In this document: one piece after another, positions 24,254 to 33,413 of the stretch
Numbering within the stretch: position 1 is the stretch's first letter
Layout of the letters: the number at the start of each line of letters is the position of its first letter
From: a virus
Length of the DNA: 64,000 nucleotides
Direction: 5' to 3' (one strand)
IMG/VR virus record: IMGVR_UViG_3300017589_000047
Coordinates: 1-64,000 of that record
The notes under the pieces: generated by a model
Database searches by the model: none
What the model was told of the DNA's origin: nothing
The model's input: the letters and a program-made list of their open reading frames with translations, nothing else
Position numbers and translations under genes: made by a program

Positions 24254-24541
24254 ATGAAACTAAATCTTGATAAAAACCTTATGAGCTTAAAAGGCGAACC
24301 ATATCCTGATAAGCTAAACGATGTATTAGCTGATATATTAGCAATGTCAACACAAGGAAAGCCCGCAAAGATGATAACTTGGGCCGTTAACCTTACTAAT
24401 AATGGCGAAATTGATATAGATAAATCTGATTTAAGATTTATTGCTGGATTGGTTGAAAGTAGTTCAAGTGTTATTAACTTGGCTAAAGCTCAATTGCTTG
24501 ATGAAATAGAAAAAGCTGAAGAATATCCAGAAGAAAAGTAG
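24254..24541 (+). CDS. Hypothetical protein
   Basis: 95-aa ORF with GGGAGG RBS. Confidence 0.5.
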   Translation: MKLNLDKNLMSLKGEPYPDKLNDVLADILAMSTQGKPAKMITWAVNLTNNGEIDIDKSDLRFIAGLVESSSSVINLAKAQLLDEIEKAEEYPEEK

Positions 24542-24549
24542 GTGATGAT

Positions 24550-25962
24550 ATGGGATTTTTTAAAAAAGGAACTTCAAAGACAAGAGATAAACCAAACACT
24601 AACAATGTTCCCACAGGCAGACAAACAATGGTTGGCAATGGTTACTCCTCTACCCTGTCACCTACTCGCTCAAGAACTAAAGATGTTCTTAAAACTTTAA
24701 GAAGCATTTCAGAAGAAACTACCGCTATTGAATATCTAAAAAAAGTTAATCCCGATGTTTCAATGGCTGTATGGAACTTTGTAAGACTTGCAAATCAAGG
24801 ACATGATATGCACTTTTATTCACTTGATGGAAAAACGAGAAGATCTGATTTAGATGATAGATGGAGAGATTTTGCTTCAAGGGTAAACGAAATATCAAAT
24901 AGTGGGCTTGATGGATTGATAGACCAATTACATTACAGTTCATTTTTATTAGGCGCTATGGGCGTAGAAGCCGAAGTAACAATTAAAAGGAATGATATTT
25001 ATGATATATATCCAGTGAAGCCACAAACTATAGAATGGGAAATAAAAGAAATCAATGGTCGTAAAACATGGGTTCCTTATCAATATAACGACTTTAAAAA
25101 AGTTTATCTTGATAAAGAACATGCTAATTTCTTTTGGGTTCCTGCTGACCCTGATATAGGAGACCCTAGAGGAACGTTAAATCTATCCCCTGTTTTACAA
25201 GCGATAGACTTTCAAATGCAAATATTACAGGATTTACAAGCTGTTTTACATCATCAAGGATATCCTAAAAATGACATTTCTATAAGTACAGAAAAGTTAA
25301 TGCAAACATGCCCTCCTCATATAAAAAATGACCCAAAGAAATTAAGCGAGTGGATAGATAGTATTGTAGCTGATTTAAGAAGAAATCTTGAAACCATGGA
25401 CCCTGATAGCGACTACATACACACAGATGATTCAACTATAAATAGAAACTCTGGTGCAAATGCAAGCCGAAGCCTTGATGTAAGAGCTGTATCTGAATTA
25501 GTAGACACTCAAACGCTATCTGGTTTAAAGCAGATGGCTATTTTTATGAATAGAAACACTGGGGTTACTGAATCTTGGGGAACGGTCCAATTTCGTATCT
25601 ATTGTTCTGGTATTCAATCTTGTCAAAGAGGTAGCAAAAGAATTATTGAAGAAATATCTAGGTTGTGGTTACGAGTTAATGGCGAACAAGCCATACCTCG
25701 TTTTACTCATAATGCTATTGATTGGAATTCCGAAGAACAACGAATGACAGTTGAACTTATGAAACAAGAATTTTACGCCGTATCTCAACTTATGGGCTGG
25801 ATTGATAAAGATAAAGCAAGCCAGGAAGTTATGGGCGAAGAAAAAGCGGTTGGTGAACCTGGTGATAATATTAGGGCAAGTTTTAGTGTAGGAGGTGGTA
25901 AAGTTGATAATGAAAAATATTCGTGGAGAGATAAATCATCCTCTGCCGATAAGACCACTTAA
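24550..25962 (+). CDS. Portal protein (by size and synteny)
   Basis: 470 aa, first large gene after terL, upstream of the scaffold/capsid genes. Confidence 0.6.
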   Translation: MGFFKKGTSKTRDKPNTNNVPTGRQTMVGNGYSSTLSPTRSRTKDVLKTLRSISEETTAIEYLKKVNPDVSMAVWNFVRLANQGHDMHFYSLDGKTRRSDLDDRWRDFASRVNEISNSGLDGLIDQLHYSSFLLGAMGVEAEVTIKRNDIYDIYPVKPQTIEWEIKEINGRKTWVPYQYNDFKKVYLDKEHANFFWVPADPDIGDPRGTLNLSPVLQAIDFQMQILQDLQAVLHHQGYPKNDISISTEKLMQTCPPHIKNDPKKLSEWIDSIVADLRRNLETMDPDSDYIHTDDSTINRNSGANASRSLDVRAVSELVDTQTLSGLKQMAIFMNRNTGVTESWGTVQFRIYCSGIQSCQRGSKRIIEEISRLWLRVNGEQAIPRFTHNAIDWNSEEQRMTVELMKQEFYAVSQLMGWIDKDKASQEVMGEEKAVGEPGDNIRASFSVGGGKVDNEKYSWRDKSSSADKTT

Positions 25963-26085
25963 TACAGAAAAGGAACTTCATGATTGTCTTGATTGTGAAG
26001 GTTGTATATGCGAGGAGACTTGCAAGAAATATGAAGATGAATATTTCAACAAGAAGAAATCTATCAAGAAAGAAGGTGAATAAGA

Positions 26086-27435
26086 ATGAGTAAATTTGGA
26101 GTGCCAACTACTGAACAGTTGGCAAAAATAAATAAACTTGCTAAGAGAACTTTATCAGAAGATGAAGTTTTTGCTTTTTCTGGAAAATCTGCCGGAGATA
26201 TGCTAATTCCTAATAGGTATACAAGAATCAGCAAAGAATTATTACAAGTCTTTGCTGATGATGCTAAAAAGGGCGTTTCGTTTATGCTTAATCACAATTG
26301 GGGTAGCTTTGGAGTACAAGGCATACCTTATGGCAAGGTTTTTGATGGAAGGTTAGATCCTAGTATAGAAGCTGACGAAACCGTTGGATTGTATCTTGAT
26401 AAATTTATTGTTAGAGATAGTGAAGTTGTTGACGGAATATCTGCTGATTCTTTAATTAAAAAAATTGAAACTGGAATATTATCAGATACATCAATAAGTT
26501 TTAGTACTGATACGATGGTTTGTTCTATTTGTGGAATGAATTATTTTGGCGGTAAGTGTTCTCACTATAGAGGTTGGAAATATGAAATGGCAGACGGTTC
26601 AACTAAAACTTGCACAGTAACTGCAATGCCTCCTAGTTTGATTATTCCATATAACAACAATGCTCTTTATGAGGAATCAATTGTTTGGGATGGTGCTTAT
26701 CCTGGTGCTGTAGTAACACAATCAAAAAGTGGAGACATAATAGAATTGCCAACTGGTAATTTTGCTGTCGTTGGCGACAAAGAAGAGTTACCCGAAAATA
26801 CATTGTTTTTAGGCAAATATCATAATGGTAACCTTGTAACAATGGTTAAGAAATCAGAGCCTAAGAAAATTCACAACTTAGGTGGAATTGAAGAAGGAAA
26901 TAAGAAGGGAGTTGGAAAACTTATGAATGAAAAATTACAAAAAATGCTTGAAGCCTTTGGAGTAACATATAAAGAGGGTGAAACAAAAATTGACGAAACA
27001 TTAAACCAATTAGCTGAAAAATGGGACGCAACTGTTGAAACAATAAAAGCTTCTGTTGAACCATTAAAGCCATTGCAAACTGGAGAAAGTATTATAAATA
27101 CCAATGAGTATTTAGCAATACCTGTGACTGAAATAACTGAAAAATTAGGCGCTGAAACTAACACTGACAATATACTTGACCTTGCCAAAGAAGGACAAGA
27201 GTATCGTAAACAGTTAGTTGATGACACTATGGCAATGGGTGTTCGTGCTATGGGTAATGACTTCCCAAAAGAAACATATGAAGCTACATTTGCTAATATG
27301 GGAACAAAGGCTATTAAGGACATAATGAAAACTTTTGAGACACAGGCACAAAGCATTCCTACCGGTAGACAAACTAGCCTTAACAATTTGGGTGATAAAA
27401 AGTTTTCAATACCAGATGAGGCGTTTAGAGTTTAA
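26086..27435 (+). CDS. Head maturation/scaffolding-like protein with an internal zinc ribbon
   Basis: 449 aa. CSICGMNYFGGKCSHY, then a long helical/acidic C-terminal half. It lies between the portal and capsid genes. Confidence 0.4.
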   Translation: MSKFGVPTTEQLAKINKLAKRTLSEDEVFAFSGKSAGDMLIPNRYTRISKELLQVFADDAKKGVSFMLNHNWGSFGVQGIPYGKVFDGRLDPSIEADETVGLYLDKFIVRDSEVVDGISADSLIKKIETGILSDTSISFSTDTMVCSICGMNYFGGKCSHYRGWKYEMADGSTKTCTVTAMPPSLIIPYNNNALYEESIVWDGAYPGAVVTQSKSGDIIELPTGNFAVVGDKEELPENTLFLGKYHNGNLVTMVKKSEPKKIHNLGGIEEGNKKGVGKLMNEKLQKMLEAFGVTYKEGETKIDETLNQLAEKWDATVETIKASVEPLKPLQTGESIINTNEYLAIPVTEITEKLGAETNTDNILDLAKEGQEYRKQLVDDTMAMGVRAMGNDFPKETYEATFANMGTKAIKDIMKTFETQAQSIPTGRQTSLNNLGDKKFSIPDEAFRV

Positions 27436-27457
27436 TTTTAAATAAAAGGAGGGCAAT

Positions 27458-27643
27458 ATGCAAGAATACACTAAAGAATTATTAACAGAAAGATTAAATT
27501 ACTTAAAAAGTGAGTTTTGCGAGATAGAAGGAGAAATTCTAAGAATCAAAAAATCACTTAACAATCTAGAAGTACACAAGGAGGATGTAACAAAAAACAT
27601 TTTAGGAATACAAAAAGATTTAAGCATTAATCCGCAAGAGTAA
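27458..27643 (+). CDS. Small coiled-coil protein
   Basis: 61-aa ORF with AGGAGGG RBS, followed by a terminator at 27632-27660. Confidence 0.45.
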   Translation: MQEYTKELLTERLNYLKSEFCEIEGEILRIKKSLNNLEVHKEDVTKNILGIQKDLSINPQE

Positions 27644-27702
27644 AATCATGCGGTTTTTTTATACAAAAAAATATTATAAAAATCGAAAGGAAGTGTTTTT
27701 AA

Positions 27703-28098
27703 ATGAGAGGAAATTTAGGTTATGCAGGTATAGGTGCGAAATTTGCAACCCTTAAGGCAGGCGCAGGAATAAAGGCTTTAGTTGCTGATGGAAATAGAGA
27801 TTCAGTTGTAAATTTAGCCGTTGTAATAAGCGGTGCTCAAACAGTGGATTTAGGCACAGATGCAGATACGGTATTTGGTTTTATTGATGTTTATGAGAAC
27901 GACGGACATTGTACCGTTCAATTTGCAGGATTCAGAGAAGATGTTCCTACTAATGCCACTGCCCCAACTGTAGGCAAAATTACTGCTGTTGATGGTGCTG
28001 GAAAAGTTAAAGATAGTGCAACTACTGCAAAATTAAGAAATCCTATAACAGTTGATGTTGATGCTACTGCAAAGACTGCAACTGTATTTTTAGGTTAA
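27703..28098 (+). CDS. Head decoration / DUF2190-like protein (tentative)
   Basis: 131 aa, Gly/Ala/Val-rich beta-type composition, immediately before the capsid gene. Confidence 0.4.
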   Translation: MRGNLGYAGIGAKFATLKAGAGIKALVADGNRDSVVNLAVVISGAQTVDLGTDADTVFGFIDVYENDGHCTVQFAGFREDVPTNATAPTVGKITAVDGAGKVKDSATTAKLRNPITVDVDATAKTATVFLG

Positions 28099-28109
28099 TA
28101 GAAAGGGAG

Positions 28110-29213
28110 ATGGATAATATGACTATGAATAAAATAATTTTACAGAACTTGAACATTGAAACTTACAGAGAAGCATTTGCGAAAGGATTAACTTTGTCCT
28201 CTTATGCTGAAATGCTGGACCCTTCACCAGAAGGAAGCAAAATAGATGCATTCGGAAGGTTGATGAAAGAAGCAGGAATTGTTACAAGCTCAATTGCTGA
28301 AAAAAATATATTCTCTTCACAAGTTGAAGCTTTTTACAGAACAAACGAAACTAAAGCATTGTTCCCTGAATATATAGGCAGAACATTGATTAATTCTATG
28401 ATGGAATTTCCATTATACAAATATCTAGTTGCAAGCAGAACTCCTATAGATTCTAATGTTTACAAAGCAGCTTACTTAAATTTAGAAGATGCGAAAAACA
28501 AAAAAGCAACCGAAATGAGAAGAGTTACAGAGGCTTCCAATTTACCTGTTGCAAAACTTACAATGGGAAAATCAGCTGTTGAGCTTTATAAATACGGTAG
28601 AGCTGTCGAAGCTTCATATGAAGCTTTAAGAAGAATGAGCCTTGATTTATTCAGACTTCACATCAATAGAATTGGTAAAGATGCTGCTGGAAATAAGGTA
28701 AGCGAAATATTAACAGTAGTTAGAGATGGTGACGGAAATAATAATGCTGCCCCAAGACATAAAGCGAGTGAAATCGTGAGTGGTGCTACTACTATAACAC
28801 GTGATGTATGGGTTAGGTTTTTACTTAAATTCTATCCTAATGGTGCAAATACTGTTGTAGCTAATATTGATGGATTGCTTCAAATACTAGAAGTTCTTTA
28901 TCCTAAGTTTGAAGTTTCGACTAAAATGGATGAACTTTTATCCAACGGATTAAACGTAAAAACAATATTACCTCAAAACCTTATAGCAAATACTACTTTG
29001 TTATATAGCCCAGATGTTGATAAAATAGCAACCAAAGAAGCTGTTTATGCTCTTGATAGAGAAAACTGCATATCAGAATTATTTGAAATTGGTTCAACTA
29101 TCAACGAAGCAGACAAATTCATTAAGAACCAAACAGAAATATTAACTGTTTCTGAAAATAGTGGATTTATGAAATTGTTCGCAGATTCTGCAAGAATATT
29201 AACAATTGAGTAA
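28110..29213 (+). CDS. Major capsid protein (by size and synteny)
   Basis: 367 aa with a strong RBS, in the conserved order portal-scaffold-decoration-capsid. Confidence 0.6.
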   Translation: MDNMTMNKIILQNLNIETYREAFAKGLTLSSYAEMLDPSPEGSKIDAFGRLMKEAGIVTSSIAEKNIFSSQVEAFYRTNETKALFPEYIGRTLINSMMEFPLYKYLVASRTPIDSNVYKAAYLNLEDAKNKKATEMRRVTEASNLPVAKLTMGKSAVELYKYGRAVEASYEALRRMSLDLFRLHINRIGKDAAGNKVSEILTVVRDGDGNNNAAPRHKASEIVSGATTITRDVWVRFLLKFYPNGANTVVANIDGLLQILEVLYPKFEVSTKMDELLSNGLNVKTILPQNLIANTTLLYSPDVDKIATKEAVYALDRENCISELFEIGSTINEADKFIKNQTEILTVSENSGFMKLFADSARILTIE

Positions 29214-29228
29214 AAGAGGTGAATTCCT

Positions 29229-29660
29229 ATGACAAATAGGATTTTAACTAATGATGGCTGGGAAAAACGCATTCAAGATAAGCTTGGCGTTGACCCAGCT
29301 TATTTATCAAATGATGCAATCAATCAACGGGATGTAATAAATATTGCAGAAGCAAATATAATTGCACAAATACCAGAATACGCTACATTAGAAGATGATT
29401 TAAAAATCTATCTGGAATATGCTGTTGTTCTGGAATGCTGTATATTATTATGCTCTAGTATGTCTGCAAGATTACCTAAAAAAGAAACAGGACCACATAC
29501 AAGTCACGAATTAGGCATTGATTGGGATAAAAAGAAAATTGGATTTGAAGAGGAAAAAGAAATGTATATTATGAAAATAATTGATACTTTATTTCCGAAT
29601 ACTCCCTCTTCTCTACCTTTTTTTATTATTACCAGTCCTAAAAAGGAGTGGTTAGATTGA
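29229..29660 (+). CDS. Head-tail connector/adaptor (positional)
   Basis: 143-aa ORF directly after the capsid gene. Confidence 0.4.
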   Translation: MTNRILTNDGWEKRIQDKLGVDPAYLSNDAINQRDVINIAEANIIAQIPEYATLEDDLKIYLEYAVVLECCILLCSSMSARLPKKETGPHTSHELGIDWDKKKIGFEEEKEMYIMKIIDTLFPNTPSSLPFFIITSPKKEWLD

Positions 29661-30235
29661 GCTATGCTGAAAAATTCATAAAGTCAAAAGGTTTGGATTG
29701 CATAATTAATCGTCCTACTCCTTTAAATGTTAAAGTCTCAATAAAGAAGTCAACAAATTCAAGCAGAGACTTTGGCGTAAGAGAAGCTTTATGGGAAGGC
29801 TTAATTCCTATTGACAGCAATTTAATTAGTGGCGAAGTATTAACTATCAAGAGCGATAAATACATTGCTCTAACAGTCGAATATGACCTTGCAAGTGATG
29901 AATATATGTTTTATTGTGCAAAATGTAATTTGACTGTTGAGCATAAAAGATATGAGGAAACAGCTGATGATGATTTGAATATCATTCAAACATGGTTATC
30001 GAAAAAATCTAATATTTCTGCTTATGGCGAAGTAATTACTTACAGATTAATTCAACAAGACCCTGGATTGTTAGAGGGCACAAAATACACATTGCAAGTT
30101 CCAAAGTCGTTGGAAGTTGAATTACTTGATAGATTTGTTTATAATAATGAGAAATATCAAGTTGTATCATTGGATGATGTTGGACTTATTGGAGTTGTAA
30201 GATGCCAATTATCAGCCGATACAAGACCTGATTAA
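29648..30235 (+). CDS. Head-tail joining protein (positional)
   Basis: 195-aa ORF overlapping the upstream gene. Confidence 0.4.
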   Translation: MVRLSYAEKFIKSKGLDCIINRPTPLNVKVSIKKSTNSSRDFGVREALWEGLIPIDSNLISGEVLTIKSDKYIALTVEYDLASDEYMFYCAKCNLTVEHKRYEETADDDLNIIQTWLSKKSNISAYGEVITYRLIQQDPGLLEGTKYTLQVPKSLEVELLDRFVYNNEKYQVVSLDDVGLIGVVRCQLSADTRPD

Positions 30236-30259
30236 AATTAAATTAAATGGAGGTAAATC

Positions 30260-30652
30260 ATGTATAAAGAATATCTAGGGCCTGATTACCATAATAAAGT
30301 TAGGAAGATGCTAACAGTTAACGAAGAACTACTACCCAATAGAATAATTGATGCTGATTTAAATATCGGTGGCATGAAAAAGCTTTTAACTCCTGCTTTA
30401 GACAAAATGACCGCTTTAGGTAAGCCGATTGATACAGAAGAACAATTTGCTGAATTTCAGGAAGTTGCATTAAATTATCTTTGTGGAATTTTGTGTATAG
30501 CTTTAAAAAGTCGAACTTCTACCCCACCCTATAATCTTGCTAAATACAAGAAGAATTGGGATAAGAAGAAAAATAAGTTTATGCAGAAAGGCAATTCTTT
30601 AATGCGAGGACTGACGATGGGAGGTAATAAATTTGAAAGCAATAGTATGTGA
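30260..30652 (+). CDS. Head-tail joining protein (positional)
   Basis: 130-aa ORF with GGAGG RBS. Confidence 0.4.
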   Translation: MYKEYLGPDYHNKVRKMLTVNEELLPNRIIDADLNIGGMKKLLTPALDKMTALGKPIDTEEQFAEFQEVALNYLCGILCIALKSRTSTPPYNLAKYKKNWDKKKNKFMQKGNSLMRGLTMGGNKFESNSM

Positions 30653-30800
30653 TAAGTGCAAAATAACTATTACCGAAAAGGATGAGTTGAAATCCATAGT
30701 AAGACTTGATTTGTGTAATGATAAAATAGGCAAGTATTCTGAAAAACATTTATGCGATGATTGTGAGAGCAAATTTTATAAATGGATAGATAATAAGTAG
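30633..30800 (+). CDS. 55-aa zinc-ribbon protein (not in ORF track)
   Basis: GGGAGGTAATAAAT-TTG reads LKAIVCDKCKITITEKDELKSIVRLDLCNDKIGKYSEKHLCDDCESKFYKWIDNK (CxxC ... CxxC). Confidence 0.45.
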   Translation: MKAIVCDKCKITITEKDELKSIVRLDLCNDKIGKYSEKHLCDDCESKFYKWIDNK

Positions 30801-30808
30801 GTGCTAAA

Positions 30809-31351
30809 ATGTCAATAAAATTTGATAGTCAAGCATGCGTAACAGCTTTAAAACAAGAGTTGATTTTCGATATGATAAAGCTACAGAAAGAACTTTTAAA
30901 TGAAGCTAAACAAAATATGTTAACCCCTGAAGGTGCTGAAAGTTTATACGATGAAGATATAGTTGATATTGCGAATGTAATCATAGCAAGTATATCCGGT
31001 GGTGCTTGGGCGGTAATGGACGAATTTGGAACAGGTTCATATATGGACAGGAAAAATCCCGCTCTTGACAATTATAGAAAGAGCAAGTCGTGGAATCCAG
31101 CTAGGGATGTTGCAACAATTTTGAGCAGACCCGACCAACCAGGGCAAGTTGATATATTTGGGAATTCTGTCAATGGACGTGGAAAAGGTGGAGTTGACCT
31201 TGAAAAAATCGGTGTAGTTGAAGCTATGCCCCCCTCTCATTCAATAGAAACAGCTACAAGATGGATGGCTAACGGAAGATTTAAATTTGTCATAAAAACT
31301 ACTCTAGCAACATTCAATTATGGGAAATATTTAAAAACTGACAAGAGATAG
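30809..31351 (+). CDS. Tail completion/neck protein (positional)
   Basis: 180-aa ORF. Confidence 0.4.
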   Translation: MSIKFDSQACVTALKQELIFDMIKLQKELLNEAKQNMLTPEGAESLYDEDIVDIANVIIASISGGAWAVMDEFGTGSYMDRKNPALDNYRKSKSWNPARDVATILSRPDQPGQVDIFGNSVNGRGKGGVDLEKIGVVEAMPPSHSIETATRWMANGRFKFVIKTTLATFNYGKYLKTDKR

Positions 31352-31410
31352 CTGATTATGGCTATTTTTTTATATCCAGAAAGGTGAATAGCTATGGAAG
31401 GTGATTAAAA

Positions 31411-31827
31411 ATGTATGACATAGACAGTGATATTAACGCAATTCAAAAAATATTAGCAAACAACAAACCAATATTGGAATTGATGGGTTTAACTAATGCA
31501 CAAACTATTGACAAAGCAAAGCGAATTATTAAAAAAAGTCAATATGATAATTTGGATACTGACGAAAAAAGAATTTGCATTTATTCGTTACCTGCAAGAC
31601 CAACAAGAAATAGCGATTTATTCGAAGAACTAATACAGATTGATGTTCATACGCCCTCAAGCCTTGACAACAAAGCGAGACAGATTGTTGGTAAAATTGT
31701 AGATGCTTTAAATAACAACCGTATAAATGGTCGTTATATCAAGTGTAATGGCAATCTTGGCGAACTATCAACTGCAAGTGGTTTTTATTGTCACGGTGTT
31801 AGATTTGGGTTTTACAGCCCATTTTAA
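31411..31827 (+). CDS. Tail terminator-like protein (positional)
   Basis: 138-aa ORF directly before the major tail gene. Confidence 0.4.
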   Translation: MYDIDSDINAIQKILANNKPILELMGLTNAQTIDKAKRIIKKSQYDNLDTDEKRICIYSLPARPTRNSDLFEELIQIDVHTPSSLDNKARQIVGKIVDALNNNRINGRYIKCNGNLGELSTASGFYCHGVRFGFYSPF

Positions 31828-31865
31828 AATAAAAATAATGTTTAAAAAGAAAGGAATGATAAATT

Positions 31866-32666
31866 ATGAGCAAAAACTTTTTAACAATTAACGCTGGTAG
31901 AGTTATCCTTACAAAAGTTGACCCTATGACTGGTGCTTTATCTATTAAGCCCGAAGATAAAAGAATTTTAACTGAAACTTGCGATGGAATTACTAGAAGC
32001 AAAGCTTTAAAGACCTACGAAATAGCAGATGGCAACAGTAATTATCCTGCTGGAATTTATGAAACTGGCGTTACTTATACGGTTGGAATTAATTTAACTA
32101 CTCTTAACACTGAAACTTTAGCCTTCTTGCAAAATTCTAAGATTACTAAAGCCGCTGGAAAAGTTAAAGAAGTTATTACGACTGCTATACCTTTAGAATC
32201 TCTTTATGAGATTGAAGCGTTAGGAACTATTGTAGGTACTCCTGTTGTATTGGATAGCGAGAGTAAATTACTTACAAAAGCCGTTGCTCCTACTGCTCCT
32301 GTTGCTGGTGAGTTTGGTATTAAAGTTGGGGTTGACCCTGCAAATGACAAATTTATATTTTCTGCTGCTGATGCTGGCAAAGAAGTGACTATTGAATATG
32401 AGTTCGAAGCTGATGAAGTAGAAGCTTATGACATTAACGAAAATCATATTAATCCAATAGTACAAATTGAAATTATTCATGAGACTTTGGCAAAGGATAA
32501 GACTAAGAGATATAAAAATAACTCTACTATCTCAAGGGCACAATTAACAGGTAATATTGATGAAAACTTGAAAAAACAACATGACCCATCTACATTGAAT
32601 TTCACAGCGATTAAACCTGCTGGCGTAAATGTTGTTATGAATAAGAAAACTGAAATCCCTCTATAA
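31866..32666 (+). CDS. Major tail (tube) protein (positional)
   Basis: 266 aa, followed by terminator 32657-32686 and the chaperone pair. Confidence 0.5.
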   Translation: MSKNFLTINAGRVILTKVDPMTGALSIKPEDKRILTETCDGITRSKALKTYEIADGNSNYPAGIYETGVTYTVGINLTTLNTETLAFLQNSKITKAAGKVKEVITTAIPLESLYEIEALGTIVGTPVVLDSESKLLTKAVAPTAPVAGEFGIKVGVDPANDKFIFSAADAGKEVTIEYEFEADEVEAYDINENHINPIVQIEIIHETLAKDKTKRYKNNSTISRAQLTGNIDENLKKQHDPSTLNFTAIKPAGVNVVMNKKTEIPL

Positions 32667-32703
32667 AATGAGGGTTTTTCTTTTTTAATCTGAGGAGGTA
32701 AAA

Positions 32704-33021
32704 ATGTCTGAGAAAAAAACTGCTTCACTTTCTACAATGTTAGGAAAAGGTGAATTTGCAATTATAAAAGATAAGAAATATAAAATAAAACCAATTGCTT
32801 TAAAAGACGTTGAAGAATTCATGAATGACAATTTAAGTTTAGGTTCTCAATTATTTAGCATTAGTGACGCCGAAAAAAGAAAACAAATAAACAGATGGCT
32901 CACAGGCTATTGTTATGACGAAGAAAACAATGCAATATCTCTTGAAATAGCTATGAATAATGATTGGGATATAGTTGATTTAAAAGAATTCGTGAAAAAG
33001 TTGTGTGATATATCGGGATAG
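32704..33021 (+). CDS. Tail assembly chaperone (G-like)
   Basis: 105 aa, between the tube and tape measure genes. Confidence 0.55.
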   Translation: MSEKKTASLSTMLGKGEFAIIKDKKYKIKPIALKDVEEFMNDNLSLGSQLFSISDAEKRKQINRWLTGYCYDEENNAISLEIAMNNDWDIVDLKEFVKKLCDISG

Positions 33022-33023
33022 CT

Positions 33024-33401
33024 TTGGCTCCTTCTAGTGATAGCGAGGATAAATACGTCAAGTTGACTTTTGACGAACTGAAAAATGAGTGCATTAAAAG
33101 AAAACTTGACTTTTTTGACGATGCGACTATTGAACAATTAACAAAGTTGCTTAAAGATGATGACAACAAACCTCCCGACTGGGGGAAGATTTATTCAAGG
33201 GTGCTATATCATACGGGAATGTGCTATGAAGAAATTGCAAATAGAACTATCCCTCAAATTTTGGCTATCTTGGGTGGAGCCGAAGAAAATATATCAATAA
33301 AAATGGGAATGCCTAGTATTTTTGGTGGCAGTTCTCAATCTCCTGTTGAAAATGCTGAAGCTTCTCAAGAAGATGTTGAAGCTTTTTTTGGTGAATTTTA
33401 A
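33024..33401 (+). CDS. Tail assembly chaperone extension (T-like), in the -1 frame relative to 32704..33021
   Basis: Its frame is open from 33009 and overlaps the upstream ORF end by 10 nt. Acidic C-terminus. Confidence 0.5.
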   Translation: MAPSSDSEDKYVKLTFDELKNECIKRKLDFFDDATIEQLTKLLKDDDNKPPDWGKIYSRVLYHTGMCYEEIANRTIPQILAILGGAEENISIKMGMPSIFGGSSQSPVENAEASQEDVEAFFGEF

Positions 33402-33413
33402 GTATCTTAAAGC

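Noticed and set aside
26642-27386. Antisense ORFs 26642..26842 and 26871..27386, and similar long antisense ORFs inside the tape measure and Tal genes (34028-35140, 36050-36238, 44917-45672)
   Set aside because: They lie opposite strongly supported structural genes, lack RBSs and have hydrophobic low-complexity compositions typical of antisense frames of AT-rich genes.
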